From Felis catus (lineage: Eukaryota), in contig NC_058368.1 in NCBI RefSeq assembly GCF_018350175.1, positions 68,574,001 to 68,638,000 on the forward strand: 64,000 bases of DNA. The letters are read 5' to 3'. Positions 1-11,810 of this stretch are shown here, piece by piece. The number at the start of each line of letters is the position of its first letter. The stretch's first letter is position 1. Under the pieces are notes generated by a model. That model worked only from the letters and a program-made list of their open reading frames with translations. It had not been told where the DNA came from and searched no databases. Made by a program: the position numbers and the translations under genes.

Positions 1-211
1 TGCTGGTCTTGAGGATCTGCTTATAGTTAATGTAAGATTTAATATCTGTTCATCTTGAAAATATAAAGCTACTTTAAAATTATGATAAAACCATGCATTT
101 GGAATTCTAAAAGAAACAGAACTCTATCATAATGCAAAAAAAAAAAAAAGACTTTTTTTTTCTCTTGATCTTTTTCAGAATAGCCAATGGCTAGTAAAAA
201 TAAAATAATTT

Positions 212-420
212 GGGGGCGCCTGGGTGGCTCAGTCGGTTGAGCGTCTGACTTCGGCTCACGATCTTGCGGTCCGCGGGTTCGAGCCCCGCGTGGGGCTCTG
301 GGCTGATGGCTCAGAGCGTGCGAGCCTGCTTCCGATTCTGTGTTTCCCTCTCTCTCTGCCCCTCCCCCGTTCATGCTGTGTCTCTCTCTGTCTGAAAAAT
401 AAATAAACGTTAAAAAAAAT
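212..420 (+). mobile_element. Can-SINE, young felid SINEC_Fc type
   Basis: ggggcgcctgggtggctcagtcgg tRNA head, (CT)n, A tail; TSD aaaaataaaataattt. Confidence 0.95.
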
Positions 421-644
421 AAAATAATTTGTAAATTTTAAAACAGCAAAAACATTTCTAGTTTTAAATTTTCAAGAAGGTTTGTAAGGTTTAGGATTGC
501 CTGGCAGATTCATTTTGTTTTCATGTTCATTCTGATGAAATATTTGACATTTCTAGAGTTGTTTGTTGTATTTATTGTACTCCCAAGTCTCCTCCAGCTA
601 ATTAGGATTAATATGAAACATTTACTAACACCATTTAAATGAGA

Positions 645-900
645 TAATAATATTCCTTACAACTCATAGAGTGCTTACTCTATTTTAGGGACCGTGCTAA
701 GCACTGGCACATATTAGTTCATTTAATCCTCATGACAATGCTATGAGGTAAGTATTATTATCTTTATTTTCACTGTACAGATAAGAAAACTGAGCCACAG
801 AGAAATTCAGTTACTTGCCCAAGGTGATAGGTTTAAAAGGCAGACTTGGGACTCAAACCCAGCCTCCACAGCTCTAGAGTTCACACATCTAATCAGGATT
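645..900 (-). mobile_element. MIR
   Basis: atttaatcctcatgacaa...gaaaactgag...acttgcccaagg is the MIR core reverse complement. Confidence 0.85.
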
Positions 901-1144
901 CTACATCTCCATGGTTGAGTGTGATACAGGTTTGTTGTTCATTTGTTTGTCTTGTGTCTTTGCAGAACTGAAAGTGGAAACTTGTTCTATATTGTGCAAA
1001 ACAGCTAGTGAATTAATGTGTTTCCATTTTAAGTGTTCTTAGAAATGGGAGATCCTTTACACAATGATGTCTTGACCTGCTCATCTGTTTTGTTTGAATC
1101 CCCTATAGTTACTGAAATAGTAAATATCACATGCTAGACAGTGA

Positions 1145-1184
1145 TTTTATTTTATTTTATTTTATTTTATTTTATTTTATTTTA
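1145..1184. repeat. (ATTTT)n microsatellite
   Basis: about 8 tandem units. Confidence 0.95.
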
Positions 1185-1318
1185 AAAATAAAATAATTAC
1201 GGCCAGGCAGGAATTAGATCTGTTCTTATGGGTCAGGGTTGCCTTGACCTGACTATAGAGTTTCATAAACTGAAAGGAGAAACAAAAGGAAATAGCTGTA
1301 CCAGGAAATGTTTCCCTC

Positions 1319-1336
1319 TACCAGCAGATGTCACTG
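1319..1336 (+). promoter_or_regulatory. CTCF-like motif
   Basis: taCCAGCAGATGTCACtg, one mismatch to the CCASYAGRKGGCR core. Confidence 0.4.
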
Positions 1337-2593
1337 TTGCCTTTTAGCAGGAATGTACTGGAGCTGAAAATGATGGAGAGCATGAGAGTTATTTTACTAA
1401 AATCTCTGCAAGTCATTGGGTACATGTTGCTTTGTCATGGAGACAAAGAATTAATCAAAAGAGAGAGTGTGTGTCTCCCCACTTCTGCAGAGAACAGAGG
1501 GGGTTTCAGACAACCTGGTGCCTCCCTGATACCTACCTCAGAGGCAGGGGGCATGGGGAGGGAGGATGAGGAATGTGGGGGAAGGAGCTTCTCTGTCGGT
1601 GCAGAGCCATCATCTTCTCAGCAGGTCTCAATCAAAACACAAGGGCTAGAAAACATCCAGAGCCACAGGGCAGGAGTGAACAGAACTTGTTTGCGTGCAC
1701 ATGCAAGGCACACTCTAGTAATGCTGAGAAATAATTGGGAGAGAATTTGCAGAAGAATAGAGGGTCCTCTATTGTCAGCTAGGACCAAAAGCAATGGAAA
1801 TGAGACTCACAGAAAAGCATTCTGAGCATCTCTGCGGGCTCTGGGAACACCGAAGTAACCAGATAAGGCTCTGGACCCCGCCTTCACCCTGAAGGCAGAG
1901 CCACACTGGCAAACTAGAAAAATATGGCTATGACCATTGTATAACTTTTTTTTCCTTAAAAAAAAAAATTCTACTACTTTGAAAAGTTGCCATGCTTATT
2001 GCTTTCAGCAATATCAGGGTAAAACCATTAATTAATTATTTTAATGATTTAATAATCAAGTAATAGGATACTTGTTAAATTATAATTGTCTTTAGATGCA
2101 TCAATTATTTGGATTTTTAAAAATACCTCTTCCTCGGAAGTGTTAGCTTATATTCTAGTAAACTCTGTTTCCTGGGGTAGTCAGGAAATATATTCCACCT
2201 AAATTTTAAGATGTTGTTTTATGGTACTTTATGGAAAACTTTTCCAAGATCAATCAGTACACTTTTCTAACTTGGTCCTTTGGTTTCAGAAGCTCCTTTG
2301 GCAACAGGATATGATGTCAGTCTTTGCTTCTGGATGTGGGCTCTGTTTTGGTCAAATTGGTTGGTGGTAAGAAGACAGCTAGAAAGTGACCTCAGTGCTA
2401 CGCGAGGACCAAAGGGTCCTTGTCAACTTAAACTGATATTCAAAACTATATGTCCTCAGGAACACTAATTCCTAGGCACAATGATCTAGAAACTGCATGG
2501 TGGTAACTACTTTCTGTTCAATGTCCAACCCATCCATTCCAACAGCCTAAAGAACATTTACTATGTGAAAGACTCCAAGTATCTTGAACTCAT

Positions 2594-2690
2594 AGGGTTA
2601 CCAGATACATCAAGTAAAAATACAGAATTCCCAGTTAAAAGTGAACTTCAGATAAAAAAAGAATATTTTTAGTATAAAAGTATTATACAA
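2594..2690 (+). mobile_element. MER53 (hAT MITE) fragment
   Basis: gggttaccagat...aaaaatacagaattcccagttaaaagtgaacttcagataaa. Confidence 0.75.
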
Positions 2691-2769
2691 AAAATACTAT
2701 ATATACTAAAAATACTATCTGTGCTATATACTGAGCTACTATAAAAGTATGCACATTCCATAAAAATGC

Positions 2770-4300
2770 CTTTTTTACATTGTGGACTCAATTTGCTAAT
2801 ATTATGTTAAGAATTTCCACATGTAAACTCTTGAGGGATTTTTGCTTATAATTTTTTTTGGAAAATCTTTTTTTTTTTAGGTTTTGATATCTAAGTGTTA
2901 GTGGCCTCATAAAATAAGTTAGAAAGTATTCCCCTTCTTCTACTTTCTATAAGAGTAGAAGTGACTTCATCTTTAAGCGTTTGATAGAATTCACCAGTGA
3001 AACTATAACCTGAAGGGGTTTTTTTGTGGGGGGGGGGGAAGTCCTTAATAGTAAATTCAATATCCTAAATAACATTTTCTCTTTATTTTGTATCAGGTTT
3101 GGGAGATTTTATTTTTCATTTGAGTTTATTAAATTTATTGGCATAACGTTATTCAGACTATTCCTTTTTTTCTCTTTTTATGATCGTAGGATCTGTAGTG
3201 AGATGCTCTTTCATTCCTGATATTTATAACTTTTTTTTCTTTTTTCCTGAGTAGTGCTTTTTCTCTTTTATTAGTCTTTTCTAAGAAGTGTCTTCTGGTT
3301 TTAATTTTCTCTGTTGCTGCCCTTCTGCCTTTTTCAACGATTTCTGCTTTTATTTTTACTATTTTGTATCTAGTAGTTCAGACTTAAGCTGCTATTTTAG
3401 TCTAGCTTGGAAGGTGCACTGAAATCATTGGTTTTAATTTATCTCCTTTTCTAATACAGGCATTGACCATCTAGTTCTATGTCAGCTGCCTCAATCTTTC
3501 TCTTTTTTATATGTTCGTTTATTTATTTGTTTGTTTGTCTGTTTATTTATTTAGAGAGTAAGAGAGAGAATCCCAAGTAGGCTTCACGCAATGCGGAACC
3601 AAAATCAAGAATCAGATGCTTAAGCAGCTGAGCCACCCAGATGCCCCTCCTCAATTTTTCATCTACTGCCTTTTTATTATTACGCAGCTTGAAGTGTGTT
3701 CCTAATTCCTTGGAGGTTTAATCTTTGAACAATGGATCCCAAATATTTGGGGTTTTAAAAACATACACTATTGTCACTTATTTTTAATTTAAGGTGCAGT
3801 ATAGTCCGAGAACATACCCTGTAATCTTTTGAATTATATTAAAATTTATTTAATGGACCAGCACATCGTCTATTTTGGCAAACGTTTTATGTTCCGCTGA
3901 AAAGATCGAATGTTCTGCCATTGTGAATGTAAGGCAAAATTAGTAATGTTGCTAAAATTTTCAATATCTTTACCAATTTTTTGTGTGTGGTTCTACCAAT
4001 TTCTGAGGGGGGGGGGGTGTCAAGTCCTGAATTTTGGTTATACGTTCTCTATTTTCCTTTTAGTCTTGTCAGTTTTGGCTTCATGTATTCTGAAGCTTCA
4101 TTATTGGGCATATTACATTTATGGTGTTCATGTTCTGATGAAATGACTCCTTATCATCATGACATCTCCCTGTGTATATACCTCTGACAATATTTTTCTG
4201 GAAGTCAATTGGCATTAACATATGCACACGAGCTTTCTTATTCTTAAACTTTCCAGGATATAACTTTTCCCGTATATTTTTCTTTCAACCTACCTATGTT
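2770..4300 (-). mobile_element. old L1M ORF2 remnant
   Basis: tttgctaatatt..., ggcctcataaaataagtt..., tagaattcaccagtgaaacta are typical antisense L1 ORF2. Confidence 0.8.
3501..3647 (-). mobile_element. Can-SINE, internally deleted
   Basis: ends ctgagccacccagatgcccc; TSD cctcaatYtttc. Confidence 0.85.
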
Positions 4301-4439
4301 CATCTCAGCTATACATTTGGAGACTGAGAAAATTGGCAGTGTGTGATCCATGTTCCCACTGAAAGCTGGCCTGGACCAAGACTCCATTTAGGAAGCTACT
4401 CCTATGTTCTCACTCCAATAGGGGTCATGATGATGCTTC

Positions 4440-4570
4440 CTGTCTGTATCAATATCACCTTGTCCTTTCCCCAAGAATCCTACCACCATTTACAAAGGTA
4501 TCCATACAACGGGAAAGGGGGATGCCTGGACCTCAGTAGGACTACAAGATCTTGCCAGATGTGAACTTGC
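4440..4570 (+). mobile_element. ERVL/MaLR internal fragment (protease region)
   Basis: PRILPPFTKVSIQ..GDAWTSVGLQD..CEL (one frameshift) resembles ERVL RDLRPFTRVTVHWGKG..TFRGLLDTGSEL. Confidence 0.55.
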
Positions 4571-4916
4571 CTACCTCTCCAACTTGATGTGGCCACTCAC
4601 CCTTGAGACACTGTCCTCCCGCCACACTGGCTTCAGCCATAAGGCTGTACCGGGATCTCCTTCCTTAAGCACTATTTCACTGGTGTGTGTTGTTCATATG
4701 CAAACACATATTTTGTTTAGCTGTCAGTGTTTTTATTGAATTGGGCAAAAATACACAGCTCAGTTTTGGTTTGTTTCTTTACTTTTTTATTTTAAAGGAT
4801 TGCTAAGTTTTTTGGTTTGTTTTTCAGGGTTTTTTTGCTTTTTTCGTCAGGTCTGCAAGCAATTATTTGAAGCCTCAATCCCATTTCCAGAAGGCTGGAT
4901 CATAAACATAGGCTTG

Positions 4917-4935
4917 TCTGCCCCCTAGTGTCAGC
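4917..4935 (-). promoter_or_regulatory. CTCF-like motif
   Basis: reverse complement gACACTAGGGGGCAG. Confidence 0.55.
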
Positions 4936-6275
4936 CCCTCGTGATGCCTGCAGGAGCTGAATATTTGTACAGAGGATTTTTGATGACGCTGCCACAAAAT
5001 GGCCTTGTCAGACAGTGAAACTCCTAAGCGTTGCAATCATAAGCCAGGAGCTTCATTCCGTGTCAGATCTTCACTCTACACAGAGAGGACTTTCATTTCC
5101 CTCTTTATCCATGTTTGAATGTATTTGTTTATACTAAGTCTTTATTACCTTTGGGGTGTAAAACTGAAATGGAAACACTTTAAAATAACTTTCATAACAG
5201 CTTTGGTCTCAAGGAAGTCTGTCCCATGAAACCAGTGTCAGAGAGAAGTTTTGCAACTTATTTTAAAGTTTATTATTCATAAGATAATAACATACAAAAG
5301 TATTTTAAGAATAGCCCTTATTCACATTTCCAAACTGCATGAGAAATCATTTAATGTTTACACTGTTTCCTTTGTGTTATGATCATTTTTGTGGTCCGAT
5401 CACCGTCTTCAGACCTGGCACTAAACCACTTTCTGACATATGTCCAATCTAATGCAGGTTTTAAATATGGAGTCTAAGCAGGCAGAGGGTCCCCCTTCTC
5501 AGATCAGTGTTTCAATGTAGTTCTAATCCTTGGCTCATCCTGAGAATCATGAAGATATCAGCATCTCATCCTTCCTCTAGATTCACAGCTGCCATCCAGA
5601 AGGAGTTTCCCTCTAAGCTGTATAGCATGTATTTTGCATGACAAAATAATTTCTGTTTTCTTTTTAAAATAGAAAATTGTGTTATTGCCTTGCCTGCCCC
5701 TGACCATGCCCCGCCTCCCACCACCCCCCCCCCCCCACACACACACACACTTCCACAACCCAAGGCATATCACTCATGTGGCTCTGAAATTCCAGCTGCC
5801 TTAGCTACGGGTATCTATCTTGTCCTTTGCTGATCTCAGAAGGTTCTATGAATGATTCTAAGCAAAATCATCTGCACATTCACAGGTATCATGCATACTC
5901 TGCATCTCAATATCTGATGTCTTTCTCAAAGAAATGTTTCATTTTCATGCCACGTTTATTTTTATTTAGTATATTGATCAATGGGCATGGTGGACACATG
6001 ACTACAAGCCCTTGTGATTGATCTGCCAGATGGTGCCTGCCCCATGTTTCTTCCATCACCACGCTGGCGACGACGTGAGGCCCAGGGATAACAGGGATTG
6101 AGGGGTGCCTAATTTACACAGTAGTTGCTCGGCGCTAAACAGTTGAGAATTTAAGACATTTTTAGTCATGTACATGGCTACCAATGTGGGAATTTCGTGT
6201 AAGTCAGAGCTTCAGCTTTTGAGAAGGTGAAAGTTTCACATACTCCAAACTTCCACTAGATGATCCCAAGCTTTA

Positions 6276-6296
6276 AGAGAGAGAGAGAGAGAGAGA
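6276..6296. repeat. (GA)n
   Basis: direct. Confidence 0.9.
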
Positions 6297-6458
6297 TCTG
6301 TTTGGGGGAGGAGGAGAGAATGGGAAAAAAATCAACTTGTAGAGGAGTTTCTTAAGGTGAACTTTTGAACTTTATACTCCAAATTGCGCTCTTCTGAAAG
6401 TATAAATCTTAGCTCACTGATAATTGGAAAAGTACAGCTGAGGTCATTAACAATTATT

Positions 6459-6460
<2 letters not shown>

Positions 6461-6493
<33 letters not shown>
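6461..6493. repeat. (GT)n
   Basis: direct. Confidence 0.95.
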
Positions 6494-6494
<1 letters not shown>

Positions 6495-7159
6495 TGTAGC
6501 AGATGCAGTTGAGGGGTCCAATGGAAGGGAAATGATTTGGACAACAAAATTTTAGGTTAAGTCAATGAAAATAAGTATTTTCAATGGGGATTTTAGCTCT
6601 TTATGTCTAATGGTATGTACATGTTATAGCCACAAGGTGGAGACCCAACACAACCTTCCTTGTCTCATGATGCTGGCAAGTAGAAAACTCGAAAGAGCAG
6701 TTTTTAAAGCAAGGTGACTCTGTTTCTAAACTCGTAAGAGGTTTCCTCCCTGTTTTCCCTTACAATTTAGTGGTTATGTTGGCCCTATATTGGATACACA
6801 AAATGTGCTTGTCAAAGAAAGCATATATTTATGAAAATCCCTTGCTTTTAAAAAATAATTTGCACAACATGGCAACCGAAACTGGCTTCCTAGATTCACT
6901 CCAGGTGGAGACCGTGGAACACTGGAGTCACTGGGTCCTAGGCAAGGCCCTGATGTAGGGCCTTAGAAGTTTTAGCCCCTGGTAGCATTTTCGTGTTATC
7001 TGACTAAGTCATTACATCAAAGCAGTTCTCCCTTCTTTCCTGCCACATTTTTGCATGAACTTCTCATCTTTTATATTTGTGTTTAATCTAAGAGTTTTTC
7101 AGAATACTGAATTTAAGCATTTCTAATAATAACATGACAATTTTTTTTTGCCAGTGTGA

Positions 7160-7344
7160 TTTTTAAAAAAATATTTATTTTTGGGAGAGTGCAAGCAGGG
7201 AAGGGGCAGAGAGAGGGGGGCAGGGGATCTGAAGCAGGCTCTGCACTGACAGGCTGACCCGATGTGGGGTTCAAACTCACAAAACTGCAATGTCATGACC
7301 TGAGCCAGTCAGATGCTCAACAGACTGAGCCACCCAGGTGCCCC
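7160..7344 (-). mobile_element. Can-SINE
   Basis: antisense head ...gagccacccaggtgcccc. Confidence 0.9.
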
Positions 7345-7749
7345 TTTACCACTGTGGTTTTTCAGAGTTAATGATCTCAAATATACTAGCATCTATTCTA
7401 ACCTTTTAGAATATCAATATGTATGTGTTATATATGTGAAATATCTACACAGATATAAAGCTACAGATATATGGTTATTTCTATCTTATACATCTAAATT
7501 CAACATATAAATGTGCACTCAATTCCCATATAATGTTATATAAGCAATTCTTACTGATAAACTTATCTATATATAGGGTGTGAAAGATACACTGCATCTT
7601 CACATAAATACATAGTTATATGTAGCTATGGATGAGAATTGTGTGTGTATATATGTACCTGGCAATCTTTACCCACGTAAAGATAAATTACCCACAGGTA
7701 AATTTCTACAGCAAACTTTACAGCTATCTAACTGCTCAAAACATTTCCA

Positions 7750-8240
7750 ACTTGATATCCTATTAAGCATCATGTTTAAAACTGAAGTCATTGTCACATC
7801 ATCACTCCCAACTTCTTCCTACAGTCCTTTGTCTCAATGAGTGGTCCTACAAGCCTTCTAGAAATTGCCCAGGGATCTGGACACCTTCCTATATTTCACC
7901 TATATCCTACAATCAATCTAAGTCTTATGGACTGTCTTCCAAATATTTCTCAATTCCATCCCCTTCTCTTGTCCTTACAGAAATTTCCAGAAGGTGGGCC
8001 TTCCATGTGACCCATGGCCATCAGCCTCATCTATGTGAAGGGTACATCTGGCCATGTCTCTATTCTAATTATTCAGTGCGGTCCCCAATCCATTGCCCAG
8101 AATATAAATTCCAGGCACTTATAAAGACCTACAAGGCTCTAAATTAGAGAGCTGACCAGATATTTTTATTCCTTAGCCTTTGCTTGTACTGTATTTTCCA
8201 GCAAGAAAACCCTCCTTGATGGATTCACCTTTAAGTTACA
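7750..8240 (+). mobile_element. L2 fragment
   Basis: catgtttaaaactgaa...caatcaatctaagtcttatgg...ccaaatatttctc L2 3' region. Confidence 0.55.
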
Positions 8241-8248
8241 TTCAACTT

Positions 8249-8460
8249 GGATGCCTGGGTGGCTCAGTGGGTTAAGCATCCGACTCTTGGTTTCAGCTCA
8301 GGTCATGATCTCATAGCTTCATGGGTTCAAGTCCCGCATGGAACTCTGGGCTGGCAGTGAAGAACCTGCTTGGGATTCTCTCTCTCCCTCTCTCTCTGCC
8401 CCTCCCCAACTCGTGCTGTCTCTGTCTCTCTCAAAATAAATAAATAAACTTAAAAAATAA
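8249..8460 (+). mobile_element. Can-SINE
   Basis: head, (CT)n, A tail; TSD ~ttaYattcaactt. Confidence 0.92.
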
Positions 8461-8639
8461 ATTATATTCAACTTTAAAATATATATTATATGTTAACTAA
8501 AAAAAGGATATATGATGTGTGCATATATTTTCATTTTGTATCTATACAAATCTAGGTATATAATAACCAAATCTATGTTAATGTAATAATGAAACAAAAC
8601 TTGTGCTTGACCCTGGCAATAATTCAGCACTGGGACATA

Positions 8640-8760
8640 TGCCCATTAATTTGTTCAACAAACACTTACCAAATTCTCACTATATGAGAGATGCTTGGGA
8701 GACATTATTAAATAAAATGGGTCAGAATTTTTGACCTGAGAAAACTTAAGTTCTGAAACA
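8640..8760 (-). mobile_element. L2 3' end
   Basis: ttgttcaacaaacacttacc...cactatatg. Confidence 0.55.
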
Positions 8761-9049
8761 TAGAACATTTATTGCTTGTCTCAAAAAATCCATCTGTGAA
8801 TCCGTTAGTATATATTGAATAGATCTTAATAAATTTTATATTATGGAATTGAAACTTTCAATATTTACTAAAATATGGAATTGTGTTACTAAACAAACGA
8901 TTTGGTCCGAAGGTAAATTCTTGTTTCTAATCTTATATTTTCAGAAAGTTTGAATTAGTTGGTGTGCACATATGTGAACATACATGCAATATTCATCAGC
9001 TAAGGAAAGCCTCTATGTGTGTATAGAGGAAAGCCTCTATGTGTGTATC

Positions 9050-9175
9050 ACACAGGATTAGATTCAGTAGTGTGTGATTGAAAACAAAGATACCCGTGCC
9101 TTAAAAGAGATAGTTTATTTTTCTCTCACGTGAAAAGGATCTGGAGGCAGCCTCTCCAGGGCTGATAACAGCAGG
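9050..9175 (-). mobile_element. MLT1 LTR fragment
   Basis: ccttaaaagagatagtttatttttctctcacgtgaaaag...ggaggcag...tccagggctg. Confidence 0.55.
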
Positions 9176-9809
9176 ACTGTTGTCCCTAAAATGGACAGCC
9201 CATGTACCACATCAAAAGTGTGAGCTAATGCTCTTATGGGATACAAACAGGAGCTGTGATAAAAATGATCCCGTCAGGTGTTTGAATTACACCTTTCAGG
9301 TGTCCAGTCAACCAGCAGGCAGTGGAAATTGGCCTGAACACTTGCACATCATTTGCCCCAGAGCTATGGATTATAGAAGAATCTTTAATTGGCCTTTGAC
9401 AATAGTGGCTGTATATTGGTGGCTATGAGGTCTGAGGACATTTCCGTTTCTTTGAAGACTATTCAATAGAAAATAAACAATATGGTTCAGAGCATGGACT
9501 ATCTTTTATCAAGATTTCTTCAACTGATAACAATTCTTCCAGATAGACAGTAACCCTTCAGCAGACAGGGACCACGCACTGCTCGTTCTGCATTTACATG
9601 ATCTTCTAACACAAGATCCTACACGGTCCTTTTCTTGTTTACCTCTGTGGCTTCATTCCATCATACTTTTCCCTTCCCTCCTGCACCTTTCTCTTGAGAT
9701 TCCTGGAATGGCACATGGCCTTCAGTGTTGGAGAAACTCACAGCCCTCAGGAAAGAAGACATCCAGATTGTCAAGAGTCCCCAGACCAAAGCAGCTAGGT
9801 CCCTGCACT

Positions 9810-10277
9810 ACACTGGCTCTTCACTCACTTCCCTTTACCCTTTTCTATCATGGAAAGCAGATATGATGCTAGCAGTCATTCTGTATTAATAAGTTAACAG
9901 GGTACATGGGTGGCTCATTGGGTTGTGCGTTGGACTCTTGATTTCAGCTCAGGTCATGATCCCAGGTTGATGGGATCAAGCCCCACATCGGGCTTCACAC
10001 TGAGCATAGAGCCTGCTTAACAACATTCGCTCTCTGGCTCTCCCTTTGTCTCTCTCTCCCCATCTGTACTTCTCCCCCAGTGTGCTTTCTCTCTCTTTCT
10101 AAAATAAATTTTTTTAAAAAACCGTAATTTGGCACAGATGAAGAAAAGTCTGAGAATCTTACAGACGTATAGCCCTGGTCATCTTTTGGCCTCTATCCAT
10201 ATGTCCTGTTATGTAAGAAAAATCCTGATTTTTACATTCTTATTTGTGGATAATCAGAATACATTCTTAACTGATAA
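9810..10277 (+). mobile_element. MLT1 LTR fragment interrupted by a SINE
   Basis: gcagatatgatgctagcagtcattctg...tgttatgtaagaaaaa...cattcttaactgata. Confidence 0.5.
9900..10120 (+). mobile_element. Can-SINE (older, diverged)
   Basis: diverged head and CT tract. Confidence 0.85.
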
Positions 10278-10309
10278 TCCAACATCTGCTTATTAAGAAT
10301 TACAGAGGT

Positions 10310-10431
10310 GGGGCACCTGGGTGGTTCAGTTGGTTAAGCGTCCAACTCTTGATCTTGGTTCATGATCTCACGGTTCATGGGTTCGAGCCCAGGATCAGGC
10401 TCCACACTATCAGTGCAGAGCTGCTTGAGAT

Positions 10432-10462
<31 letters not shown>

Positions 10463-10519
10463 GCCCCACCCCTGCCCACGCTCTCTCTCTCTCAAGATAA
10501 ATAAATAAACTTTAAAAAA
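10310..10519 (+). mobile_element. Can-SINE
   Basis: head, (CT)n, A tail. Confidence 0.92.
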
Positions 10520-10566
10520 TTATAGAAAAAGAGAAAATAGAAGGGAGGGTATAAAAAGAAGTTCCA

Positions 10567-10793
10567 GGAGTGCCTGGGTGGCTCAGTTGGTTAAACGTCC
10601 GACTTTAGCTCAGGTCATGGTCTCACAGTTTGCGAGTTAGAGCCCCACATCGAGCTGAGCTGTTGGCACAGAGCCTGGAGCTTGCTTCGGATTCTGTGTC
10701 TCCCTCTCTCTCTCTGCCCCTCCCCTTCTCTCTCTTTCTCTCTCTCTCAAAAAATAAAATAAAACATTAAACAAGAAGTTTAAGAAATAAACA
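10567..10793 (+). mobile_element. Can-SINE
   Basis: TSD agaagttccag. Confidence 0.92.
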
Positions 10794-11300
10794 GAAGTTC
10801 CAGAACAGACAGACAGAGGTTTACAGATGGAAAGAGGTCACCAAATTCCTAAAATAAGGAAGACAATTACTACTTAATACCACACACCATCAGAAATTTC
10901 AAAATACTGGGTATATTTCTAAAATAATAATAATCATAATCATAAACAATCTAAAAGTTAACTGAGAGGAAATGAAAATTGGTTACATACAAAACTTCAG
11001 AAAGTGTAACGACCTTTGTCTTCTTCCCAACAACACTGAAAGCTAGAACACAACAAAGCTGTGCCTTCAAACACTTGTGGAGGAAATTACTTCTATAGTA
11101 GGAGTCGCATTCAGCCAACCTGGAGAACAGTGTAAAGGCGAACTATATTATTTTCCTATATTCACGGCCTCATCATTTTTACTTCTTGTGCACCTTTCTC
11201 AGGAAACCCCCAGGTGGAAAGGGAACCAAAACAAGGCAGTGCACTCAGAGAAAAGACATGGGATCGGGATCGAAGAACGGTGTTTGACTGGGAGAGAGAA
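10794..11300 (+). mobile_element. L1M/HAL1 ORF1-region remnant
   Basis: caacaacactgaaagctagaacaca...gccttcaaac. Confidence 0.6.
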
Positions 11301-11546
11301 GCACTCACCAACATGGTAATGAGAAGTCCCTGGAGGCGAGCAGGTCAGCAGATCTGAGCACAGCTCTCCCATAGTGGAGCAGGACAACAGAAGTTGCCAA
11401 GAGGGATGTCTCCCAAAGCAAAAGTAATGGTGTCTAGCCAAAGGAATTGTATTGTTTTCCTGGAGAGTTTAAAGAAAAATTAGCTGTACAGACATGGCCA
11501 ACAGACATGGCATTGTTAACAAAAAATAAGATAAGGCATTATTTAA

Positions 11547-11810
11547 GGTGCTTAGGTGACTCAGTCTGTTGAGTGCCCATCTTTGGCTCAGGTCCTGATC
11601 TTGCCATCTGTGAGTTCGAGCCCCATGTCAGGCTCCATGCTGACGGCTCAGAGCCTGGAGCCTGCTTCAGATTCTGTGTTTCCTTCTCTCTCTGCCCCTC
11701 CCCCACTCATGCTCTGTCTCTCTCCCTCTCTCTCTCTCCCTCTCTGTCTCTCTGTCTCGCTCTCTCTCTCTCAAAATGAAATAAATATCAAAAAAATTTT
11801 TAATAAAAAA
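11547..11810 (+). mobile_element. Can-SINE
   Basis: TSD aagataaggMattatt; expanded CT tract. Confidence 0.92.

Noticed and set aside
1328..1825. 165-aa ORF
   Set aside because: No recognisable domain or splice structure; compatible with chance in purine-rich sequence.
6944..6964. 8-bp-stem hairpins here and at 7665-7684
   Set aside because: Short stems are expected by chance in 64 kb.
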